Assembly: GCA_032718475.1 (NCBI GenBank)
Contig: JAUCBJ010004707.1
Location: 44,961 to 108,960, forward strand
DNA: 64,000 bases
Origin: Nemertoderma westbladi
Taxonomy: Eukaryota > Animalia > Xenacoelomorpha
Reading direction: 5' to 3'
Below are positions 40,701 through 51,145 of this stretch, piece by piece. The translations under genes were made by a program, and so were the position numbers. Positions within the stretch are counted from its first letter, which is position 1; the number at the start of each line of letters is the position of its first letter. Under the pieces are notes generated by a model. It ran no database searches. It saw nothing but the letters and a program-made list of their open reading frames with translations, and was not told the DNA's origin.

Positions 40701-43700
40701 ACACTCTTGGCAGTTACAGCAACCGACAAGGTGGGTTTATTGTGAGAGAGTCCACACCTATTGGGACCACATTGCTGGCAGTTACAGCAACCGACAAGGT
40801 GGGTTTATTGTGAGAGAGTCCAACCCTATTGGGACCACACTCTTGGCAGTTATAGCAACCGAGAAGGTGGGTTTATTGTGAGAGAGTCCACACCTATTGG
40901 GACCACATTGCTGGCAGTTACAGCAACCGACAAGGTGGGTTTATTGTGAGAGAGTCCACACCTATTGGGACCACATTGCTGGCAGTTACAGCAACCGACA
41001 AGGTGGGTTTATTGTGAGAGAGTCCACACCTATTGGGACCACATTGCTGGCAGTTACAGCAACCGACAAGGTGGGTTTATTGTGAGAGAGTCCACATTGG
41101 GACCACATTGCTAGCAGTTACAGCAACCGACAAGGTGGGTTTATTGTGAGAGAGTCCACACCTATTGGGACCACATTGCTGACAGTTACAGCAACCGACA
41201 AAGTGGGTTTATTGTGAGAGAGTCCACACCTATTGGGACCACGTTGCTGGCAGTTACAGCAACCGACAAGGTGGGTTTATTGTGAGAGAGTCCACACCTA
41301 TTGGGACCACGTTGCTGGCAGTTACAGCAACCGACAAGGTGGGTTTATTGTGAGAGAGTCCACACCTATTGGGGCCACATTGTTAGCAGTTACAGCAACC
41401 GACAAGGTGGGTTTATTGTGAGAGAGTCCACACCTATTGGGGCCACGTTGCTGGCAGTTACAGCAACCGACAAGGTGGGTTTATTGTGAGAGAGTCCACA
41501 CCTATTGGGACCACATTGCTGACAGTTACAGCAACCGACAAGGTGGGTTTATTGTGAGAGAGTCCACACCTATTGGGACCACATTGCTGGCAGTTACAGC
41601 AACCGACAAGGTGGGTTTATTGTGAGAGAGTCCACATTGGGACCACATTGCTAGCAGTTACAGCAACCGACAAGGTGGGTTTATTGTGAGAGAGTCCACA
41701 CCTATTGGGACCACATTGCTGACAGTTACAGCAACCGACAAAGTGGGTTTATTGTGAGAGAGTCCACACCTATTGGGACCACATTGTTAGCAGTTACAGC
41801 AACCGACAAGGTGGGTTTATTGTGAGAGAGTCCACATCTATTGGGACCACATTGTTAGCAGTTACAGCAACCGACAAGGTGGGTTTATTGTGAGAGAGTC
41901 CACACCTATTGGGACCACGTTGCTGGCAGTTACAGCAACCGACAAGGTGGGTTTATTGTGAGAGAGTCCACACCTATTGGGACCACGTTGCTGGCAGTTA
42001 CAGCAACCGACAAGGTGGGTTTATTGTGAGAGAGTCCACACCTATTGGGGCCACATTGTTAGCAGTTACAGCAACCGACAAGGTGGGTTTATTGTGAGAG
42101 AGTCCACATCTATTGGGACCACATTGCTGACAGTTACAGCAACCGACAAGGTGGGTTTATTGTGAGAGAGTCCACACCTATTGGGACCACATTGCTGGCA
42201 GTTACAGCAACCGACATGGTGGGTTTATTGTGAGAGAGTCCACACCTATTGGGACCACATTGCTGGCAGTTACAGCAACCGACAAGGTGGGTTTATTGTG
42301 AGAGAGTCCACACCTATTGGGACCACATTGCTGGCAGTTACAGCAACCGACAAGGTGGGTTTATTGTGAGAGAGTCGTCCACACCTATTGGGACCACGTT
42401 GCTGGCAGTTACAGCAACCGACAAGGTGGGTTTATTGTGAGAGTGTCCACACCTATTGGGACCACATTGCTGGCAGTTACAGCAACCGACAAGGTGGGTT
42501 TATTGTGACAGAGTCCACACCTATTGGGACCACGTTGCTGGCAGTTACAGCAACCGACAAGGTGGGTTTATTGTGAGAGAGTCCACACCTATTGGGACCA
42601 CATTGCTGGCAGTTACAGCAACCGACAAGGTGGGTTTATTGTGAGAGAGTCGTCCACACCTATTGGGACCACGTTGCTGGCAGTTACCGCAACCGACAAG
42701 GTGGGTTTATTGTGAGAGTGTCCACACCTATTGGGACCACATTGCTGGCAGTTACAGCAACCGACAAGGTGGGTTTATTGTGACAGAGTCCACACCTATT
42801 GGGACCACGTTGCTGGCAGTTACAGCAACCGACAAGGTGGGTTTATTGTGAGAGAGTCCACACTGGGACCACATTGGTGACAGTTACAGCAACCGACAAG
42901 GTGGGTTTATTGTGAGAGAGTCCACACCTATTGGGACGACGTTGCTGGCAGTTACAGCAACCGACAAGGTGGGTTTATTGTGAGAGAGTCCACATCTATT
43001 GGGACCACATTGGTGACAGTTACAGCAACCGACAAGGTGGGTTTATTGTGAGAGAGTCCACACCTATTGGGACGACGTTGCTGGCAGTTACAGCAACCGA
43101 CAAGGTGGGTTTATTGTGAGAGAGTCCACACCTATTGGGACCACGTTGCTGGCAGTTACAGCAACCGACAAGGTGGGTTTATTGTGAGAGAGTCCACACC
43201 TATTGGGACCACATTGCTGGCAGTTACAGCAACCGACAAGGTGGGTTTATTGTGAGAGAGTCTACACCTATTGGGACCACATTGCTGGCAGTTACAGCAA
43301 CCGACAAGGTGGGTTTATTGTGAGAGAGTCCACACCTATTGGGACCACGTTGCTGGCAGTTACAGCAACCGACAAGGTGGGTTTATTGTGAGAGAGTCCA
43401 CACCTATTGGGACCACATTGCTGGCAGTTACAGCAACCGACAAGGTGGGTTTATTGTGAGAGAGTCCACACCTATTGGGACCACATTGCTGGCAGTTACA
43501 GCAACCGACAAGGTGGGTTTATTGTGAGAGAGTCGTCCACACCTATTGGGACCACATTGCTGGCAGTTACAGCAACCGACAAGGTGGGTTTATTGTGAGA
43601 GAGTCCACACCTATTGGGACCACATTGCTGGCAGTTACAGCAACCGACAAGGTGGGTTTATTGTGCGAGAGTCGTCCACACCTATTGGGACCACATTGCT

Positions 43701-45273
43701 GGCAGTTACAGCAACCGACAAGGTGGGTTTATTGTGAGAGAGTCCACACCTATTGGGACCACGTTGCTGGCAGTTACAGCAACCGACAAGGTGGGTTTAT
43801 TGTGAGAGAGTCCACACCTATTGGGACCACATTGCTGGCAGTTACAGCAACCGACAAGGTGGGTTTATTGTGAGAGAGTCCACACCTATTGGGACCACAT
43901 TGCTGGCAGTTACAGCAACCGACAAGGTGGGTTTATTGTGAGAGAGTCGTCCACACCTATTGGGACCACATTGCTGGCAGTTACAGCAACCGACAAGGTG
44001 GGTTTATTGTGAGAGAGTCCACACCTATTGGGACCACATTGCTGGCAGTTACAGCAACCGACAAGGTGGGTTTATTGTGAGAGAGTCGTCCACACCTATT
44101 GGGACCACATTGCTGGCAGTTACAGCAACCGACAAGGTGGGTTTATTGTGAGAGAGTCCACACCTATTGGGACCACATTGCTGGCAGTTACAGCAACCGA
44201 CAAGGTGGGTTTATTGTGAGAGAGTCGTCCACACCTATTGGGACCACATTGCTGGCAGTTACAGCAACCGACAAGGTGGGTTTATTGTGAGAGAGTCCAC
44301 ACCTATTGGGACCACATTGCTGGCAGTTACAGCAACCGACAAGGTGGGTTTATTGTGAGAGAGTCCACACCTATTGGGACCACATTGCTGGCAGTTACAG
44401 CAACCGACAAGGTGGGTTTATTGTGAGAGAGTCGTCCACACCTATTGGGACCACATTGCTGGCAGTTACAGCAACCGACAAGGTGGGTTTATTGTGAGAG
44501 AGTCCACACCTATTGGGACCACATTGCTGGCAGTTACAGCAACCGACAAGGTGGGTTTATTGTGAGAGAGTCGTCCACACCTATTGGGACCACATTGCTG
44601 GCAGTTACAGCAACCGACAAGGTGGGTTTATTGTGAGAGAGTCCACATCTATTGGGACCACATTGCTGGCAGTTACAGCAACCGACAAGGTGGGTTTATT
44701 GTGAGAGAGTCGTCCACACCTATTGGGACCACATTGCTGGCAGTTACAGCAACCGACAAGGTGGGTTTATTGTGAGAGAGTCCACATCTATTGGGACCAC
44801 ATTGCTGGCAGTTACAGCAACCGACAAGGTGGGTTTATTGTGAGAGAGTCCACATCTATTGGGACCACATTGCTGGCAGTTACAGCAACCGACAAGGTGG
44901 GTTTATTGTGAGAGAGTCCACACCTATTGGGACCACATTGCTGGCAGTTACAGCAACCGACAAGGTGGGTTTATTGTGAGAGAGTCCACATCTATTGGGA
45001 CCACATTGCTGGCAGTTATAGCAACCGACAAGGTGGGTTTATTGTGAGAGAGTCCACATCTATTGGGACCACATTGCTGGCAGTTACAGCAACCGACAAG
45101 GTGGGTTTATTGTGAGAGAGTCCACACCTATTGGGACCACATTGCTGGCAGTTACAGCAACCGACAAGGTGGGTTTATTGTGAGAGAGTCCACACCTATT
45201 GGGACCACATTGCTGGCAGTTACAGCAACCGACAAGGTGGGTTTATTGTGAGAGAGTCCAAACTTATTGGGAC
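28691..45273 (+). repeat. 68-bp satellite (~243 copies); unit = last 60 nt of exon 9 + first 8 nt of intron (GTGGGTTT)
   Basis: The first unit begins at 28691 inside the coding exon. The next three units are identical to it, and later units carry substitutions and 3-6 bp indels. Confidence 0.99.
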
Positions 45274-45912
45274 AAGTCGGGTATGCTCTCTCTCTGTGAA
45301 CAATGTCTTTCTTTCAAAGGATTTTACGAGTTATCTACCCATCCCCCCCCCCCCCCCCCCCCCCCAACCCTTAGTTGAGTTAGTCCAACGTCGTTAGTGT
45401 TCTTGTTATCATAATCGTCGTTTACTCCTCTCCGTCTTTATTATAGTTTTAAAATTCATCATGGTGCATAATAATAAATGTAATGTAGTAAATAGACTTC
45501 GTTAACTTCCTCTAGCAATAAAATATAAATAAATATTTTATACAAAACATTGCCGCACGAAACTTTTGTTATAACTTACCGCCACTTCCCAATATACAGC
45601 TCTTCCAACCGTTATGAGCTCTACTAGACAATCCAGTCTATTGCTCATGCCGTCTTGGAATTTATTTTTATTATCTTTGTTTCCTATGTGAATTTGGATA
45701 AAGGCTGTAGTAGCTGAAATTGTAGTTTAAATCTAATCTATGGTGGTTCTATTGTTCTCGTGTCTCGATGTAAGTAACATATTGTAACTTTTTATGACAA
45801 TATAAGAGATAAATAAGAGTTTTAGTCTATCACAGATCAGATCTATCAAGAATTTATTTATGTAGTCGAATTCTTTTGAATATTTATTATTCAATGTGTT
45901 TATGTATTTCAG

Positions 45913-46059
45913 GACGAGGGCGTTACTTTGGGATATACTATTGATCCAACTCGCGCTGATGGTCTTGATCCGGTTAAATTAGCCAAGTTTAATCTCATCA
46001 GTGCGACTGGAATTATTGAGTCGGCGGGGGAATTCAACTACGACACCGGTCCCACTGAG
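45913..46059 (+). CDS. Cadherin exon 10 (DEGVTLGYTIDP...KFNLISATGIIESAGEFNYDTGPTE)
   Basis: tttcag acceptor and GAG|GTTTGT donor. Phase 0/0, consistent with exons 9 and 11. Confidence 0.9.
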
Positions 46060-46268
46060 GTTTGTGCTTACATTATAGTCGCAGCCTGTATTTTTAAGGC
46101 AAAACATTTTCTTAAATTTCATTTTTATACAAAAAATGTATCGTCAACAAACTATGTTGATATTATAATTTCTAACATAAAATCACTTTCCTGTAATATT
46201 CCAATTAATTCAATTGTAACCGAGATATTTGTATTTCAAGTAATAATTCTAGACTAATTACGAATTAA

Positions 46269-46518
46269 TTATTTTTGGAGCAATGACTCGGCTATACCAC
46301 TGCGTCCGTGATCGAAACCGATGGATCGCTCGTATTCTATCATCGAATTGGGTCTACAAGAAACAATGTAGGCGCGTCTCTGTGAGTCGGTGGTGTTCCC
46401 TCTGGAGTAGTGCAGGGTTAGTCCGTGATGGAAGGTCGCGCTGCCCGGGTGTAAGGGGAAGGAGCGTCCTTCATCTTCGCTGCATTCGCACTGGCGGACA
46501 TGTTCCTTTGGGTTGGGC
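46269..46518 (-). CDS. PhyH-family (phytanoyl-CoA dioxygenase-like) Fe(II)/2OG dioxygenase, exon 2 with stop codon
   Basis: Minus-strand ttttgaag acceptor. Reads PNPKEHVRQCECSEDEGRSFPLHPGSATFHHGLTLHYSRGNTTDSQRRAYIVSCRP...LLQK*, supplying the distal His and the 2OG-binding Arg. Confidence 0.92.
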
Positions 46519-46797
46519 CTTCAAAATAATTATTAATTCAAGATAATGGTTGAAGTTATTATTCAGCAAACGGGACGGATTTAACAATAAGTACCAATAC
46601 ATATTCGATTCTTTTTATCGGTTGTATTTCAACTTACTTAACTTGATGAGAATTTCATGATCAAGATCTTGACTTGTTATCATAACATACATCACATGAT
46701 TCCTTATGTAATCTACAAGAAATTTCGTGAGAATCTGTGACTACCTACTTCGAATTATTCCTTGAAAGACAAAACTAACCTTATGGGATCTACTTAC

Positions 46798-47369
46798 TTG
46801 ACATGTTCCCTCAACCGGCCTTTATGCGACCCGGGGACGAACCACATACAGCCGCTATCGACGACGGCGTGATCCAACGAGACCCACGTGGAACACGAGC
46901 GTTTATCCACCAATTCGGGCCAATAACTCATGTCCTGATGCCACGGGGTCGGGGTATCCGTCCTCGGGAACTTGTTGATCAACATGTCGAAGTCCATCGC
47001 CATGTCGGCCCCGAGGATATCCTGGGCCACCTTCACGATCCGTTGATGCAGCGGGGAACCGCCAGGGAATCCCTCAAGGTAAACCGTCGGCCACATTATC
47101 TGCAAAATGTTTTCTTTCTTCTCTGAACTCTTTGGAGGAATGTGTGAGCCAAGGTCGTGACGGTGTTTCCGTGTGTCTATCACTCCGTCAATCATTTTAT
47201 TGTAAATATCTTTGTATATTTCCACTAGTTCAGGTTCCAACAGACCTTCCACTACAAGGACCCCGTTCTCTTCCCATTCTGATTTCCATGTCTCATGGGG
47301 CTGACCTTTGACCCACTCATCAGCGCTTTTATAGGCTGGCCAGTTATTGACTATGTATTTTTCTACCAT
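46798..47369 (-). CDS. PhyH-family Fe(II)/2OG dioxygenase, exon 1 (273 aa when spliced)
   Basis: ATG at 47369 after an in-frame stop. Motifs DMLINK, TPWHQD (HxD), WVSLD and GCMWFVPGSH. AA|GTAAGT donor in phase with exon 2. Confidence 0.93.
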
Positions 47370-48066
47370 ATTTATCAGTAATTATATATAATTTAAAAAA
47401 TTATATTTATAAATATGGATTACACTCTATCATTGTTTCATATATGTAATCTATTTTATAAATTCAACGTTGAGGTAATATGAACTAAAGTTCAATATAA
47501 ATAGTTAGCAGTATAATATCTATGTAATGAATGAATGACCTTTGATTTTTTATTTTTTTTTTCATTGCGACAATCGCTAAAACCTGTGGGATTACTCAAC
47601 TAGGATAAGAACAAACACCGTCTACTGTTTAATTATGATTATCTGTAAAATTATCATTAAAAATATGTAGATTGTACTCAACTCCTAATAACTAATGTTT
47701 TTATTGAACACATCCAGGACAATACTGATGTTAGTTTTCCCTTTAGCGGATACATGTGGAACGACATCAGCCGGGCCTGAACCAGCGTTCTACATTACTA
47801 TCTCACCAAGAAAGCGGTGTGTAATGGTTCCACCCCCATTTCCAAACGGCCTGTATTTAGATGCGCATTGCTGTAAATTATTAATAATTTAAATACAGAT
47901 TGTTGTGGGGTGGAGTTACGGTGTATTAAATATAATAGGCCTACAGTATTGGTGTAATACCCACCCCATAGCGAAAAATACTGGTGTAATATAATAGAGA
48001 ACTGGAATATGGAAGAGAGCTGGAATATTGGTGTATTAATAATACCCTCCCCATTCTATTTTTCAG

Positions 48067-48206
48067 TATAATTTCTGGTTGATAGCCAGTGACGGTACTT
48101 TTACTGGTGATGCGCAACTGAAAATCATAATTACCGATATAAATGATAACACTCCCGGTTGGTTCTCTAATAGTTACTGCCACTTCACCCAACCAACGTT
48201 CTACAA
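48067..48206 (+). CDS. Cadherin exon 11 (YNFWLIASDGTFTGDAQLKIIITDINDNTPGW...TFYN)
   Basis: tttttcag acceptor and AA|GTGAGT donor. ASDG and DINDNTP motifs. Confidence 0.94.
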
Positions 48207-48354
48207 GTGAGTAATAACTTGAATCTGTTACCTATTTTGGCTAATAAAAGTTATAAACACTAGCAGATTTGTCATTCAAAACTGACTGAGTTATTAATTA
48301 ATTATAATATATATTCATGTTTTATGGTTTTATTGATATTTACTATATTTTCAG

Positions 48355-48468
48355 TTGCGAATACAATACTAATTCACCCGAGGGAACAAGAGTTGGTGGT
48401 GTTACGGCCAGAGACATCGACTCTGGTTCATTTGGTGTCGTTTTATACAGTGCAGTTCCCCCCTCTCC
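48355..48468 (+). CDS. Cadherin exon 12 (CEYNTNSPEGTRVGGVTARDIDSGSFGVVLYSAVPPSP)
   Basis: ttttcag acceptor and CC|GTTAGT donor. ARDIDSG motif. Phases 2/2. Confidence 0.92.
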
Positions 48469-48807
48469 GTTAGTGTCTATTGGTTATGTTAATTAATGTG
48501 GTGGCGACTATACTTATCAAGATCATAAGTTAATTAATTATATTATTGAGAACAGTTTTCAAGAACAACTATTTTTATTTGAAATCTAGGCTCTTTTTTT
48601 TCACTAATATTTTTAAAATTGAATTATTTAATCTCTCTTTTTTTCACTAATTTCCAGAAAATTAGTTAAAAAAAGTATTTTTTTTAACTAATTTTTTTAC
48701 TTTTTTTAACTAATTTTTTTTTAATTTAATGAACTATTTGCTACACAATATAATCAATTTGATACATGCTTTCATATAATTGAGTAAGTTCCTGGTACAT
48801 AATGATT

Positions 48808-50204
48808 GGTAATGGTGAAAAATATCGAGACTTGAAAAATATCGAGAGTAAAAATAACGAGAGTAAAAATATCGAGAGTAAAAATAACGAGTGTTGAAAA
48901 TTAACGTGATTAAAAAATATCGAGAGTAAAAATAACGCGTGATGAAAAATATCGAAAATAACGAGTGTTGAAAAATATCGAGTGTTGAAAAATATCGAGA
49001 GTAAAAATATCGAGTGTTGAAAAATATCGAGAGTAAAAATATCGAGTGTTGAAAAATATCGAGAGTAAAAATATCGAGTGTTGAAAAATATCGAGAGTAA
49101 AAATATCGAGTGGTGAAAAATATCGAGAGTAAAAATATCGAGTGTTGAAAAATATCGAGAGTAAAAATATCGAGAGTAAAAATAACGAGTGTTGAAAATA
49201 TCGAGTGTTGAAAAATATCGAGAGTAAAAATATCGAGTGTTGAAAAATATCGAGAGTAAAAATATCGAGTGTTGAAAAATATCGAGTGTTGAAAAATATC
49301 GAGAGTAAAAATATCGAGTGTTGAAAAATATCGAGTGTTGAAAAATATCGAGTGTTGAAAAATATCGAGTGTTGAAAAACATCGAGAGTAAAAATATTGC
49401 ATTTTGCTTGAGCATTTTATTTAGAATTATGTAACAATATTGCAATGCATGGGTTACAACAGTGCAAGTGCAAGTGAATGGCATTATGTAATACACCTTG
49501 GGTACCCATTTACCAGATTTATTATACCAGCTAGTTTAATAGTTGGATTAGTTATATGAATTGCTAGTTAGTTATAAAAGAAGTGCTAGCTATAAATTTT
49601 GATAAATATTATAATTATTGTTAAATATTATATTAGAACACGTACTGTATAAGCTACCAAATGTTGATAAATATTGTTGTTCTAGAACATTTTTAGTAAA
49701 AAAAATTATCATACAACCCTTATTTAAAAAATTGTAACTTTCGATATTTTTACTCTCGATATTTTTCAACATTCTATATTTTTCAACACTCGATATTTTT
49801 CAACACTCGATATTTTTACTCTCGATATTTTTCAACACTCGATATTTTTCAACACTCGATATTTTTCAACACTCGATATTTTTACTCTCGATATTTTTCA
49901 ACACTCGATATTTTTACTCTCGATATTTTTCAACACTCGATATTTTTACTCTCGATATTTTTCAACACTCGATATTTTTACTCTCGATATTTTTCAACAC
50001 TCGATATTTTTACTCTCGATATTTTTACTCTCGATATTTTTCAACACTCGGTATTTTTACTCTCGATATTTTTACCCTCGATATTTTTACTCTCGATATT
50101 TTTTGAACTCTCGATATTATCGTTATTTTTCAACACTCGATGTTTTTACTCGCGTTATTTTTACTCTCGATATTTTTCATGTCTCGATATTTTTCAATAT
50201 AACC
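48808..50204. mobile_element. Non-autonomous foldback DNA transposon, 1397 bp, with modular inverted arms and 8-bp TSD
   Basis: Left arm (48808-~49395) is built of 15/17-bp modules AAAAATATCGAGAGT and AAAAATATCGAGTGTTG; right arm (~49738-50204) is the reverse complement. Ends GGT...ACC. TAATGATT is duplicated at 48800-48807 and 50205-50212. Confidence 0.9.
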
Positions 50205-50353
50205 TAATGATTATATAATGTAGACGGAGGCTTATCGGGTAGCTTAACTGTACAGCTTATGTATTTATTTGAGTAAATATAAATGTAAATATAGTAATAT
50301 TATACGTCGTAAACATTGATAATGCTGGTGATATTTTTTTTCAAATAAAACAA

Positions 50354-50582
50354 AATATTCGATATAAAAACGTAACGGAAAACACTATTTTCCACTCATT
50401 TTCTTTAGCGAAATTCAGATATTCTGCCCTCGTGTGTTGAGTTTTCCATACTCGTTGGCATTTTAACACAACCTGCCAACTCTTGTAAAACTCAACCACT
50501 CGGACAGAATAGTTGAATTTCGCTAAATTGAAAATGAGTGAAAAAACCGGTGTTTTCCGTTTACTTTTTTTTATCGAATATT
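50354..50582. mobile_element. Palindromic MITE-like element (~230 bp)
   Basis: Imperfect inverted arms of ~105 bp (AATATTCGAT...CGGAAAACAC...CACTCATTTTC...TTTAGCGAAATTCA...GTTGAGTTTT...GTTGGCA) around a short loop. Confidence 0.75.
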
Positions 50583-50678
50583 AGTCCTTTGTATCTTTTA
50601 CAGTAAAATCTGTAATTGTAAAATAATTATATATAAATAGATTTTTATCAATCAGATTTTATTAATTATTATTTTTAG

Positions 50679-50840
50679 ACCGCAGTTTGATGTAGAGAGT
50701 GTTATTGGGGAGATTCGCGTGAAACTCGGCCAGACAGTGGACCCGTATAAAAAGTTCATCATGATAGTAGCGGCCCAAGACAATTCGGCCTCAGCTAGGA
50801 GAACGGAATGCCAAGTGCGGATTGATACGTTCTACGGACC
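50679..50840 (+). CDS. Cadherin exon 13 (PQFDVESVIGEIRVKLGQ...FIMIVAAQDNSASARRTECQVRIDTFYGP)
   Basis: tttttag acceptor and CC|GTAAGT donor. FxV..GEI and VxAxD pattern of a final, non-canonical cadherin repeat. Confidence 0.88.
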
Positions 50841-51145
50841 GTAAGTCTCTTTATTATTTCATTTTATTGAACAAAAATCACTCCCCATAGATTGATTCGT
50901 TCGCATTTTTAGACACTCTCTTCGCTCGCTCTAAATACCATCGAATTATAATAGTAAATCTTTCCAAACTCTGTTTAACATTATATTGGTCGAATAAATT
51001 TGTTTTGAATAAAGTGATAATATTGATTTATTTTTTTTAAATCAAATATATTTATAGTCACTGTCCAGAGAGATCAAACGTATTTTATTGTTTGAAATCT
51101 AAGTTATTCGTCCCGAATATACCAGGATGCCACTGTTATACAGAT

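Noticed and set aside
45344-45365. Poly-C tract after the 68-bp array
   Set aside because: A simple homopolymer of unreliable length, with no supporting structure.
28985-45397. Well over a hundred overlapping ~62-aa ORFs, or a tandem array of alternative cadherin exons (Dscam/protocadherin-like)
   Set aside because: They are translations of the 68-bp unit. Units have only 8 nt between donor and next copy, with no room for a branch point or acceptor, so they cannot be mutually exclusive exons.
47695-47892. GC-richer segment with a 65-aa ORF, possible extra exon
   Set aside because: Cadherin exons 10 and 11 join correctly without it, it has no recognisable motif, and the minus-strand frames I read contain stops.
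48438-48466. Resemblance of exon 12 (TTTTATACAGTGCAGTTCCCCCC) to the 40-bp unit (TATATACAGTGGTTCCCCC)
   Set aside because: A short, gapped, low-complexity match 2.8 kb from the array. Not enough to claim the satellite derives from this exon.
48734-49496. 222- and 251-aa minus-strand ORFs
   Set aside because: Translations of the foldback arm modules.
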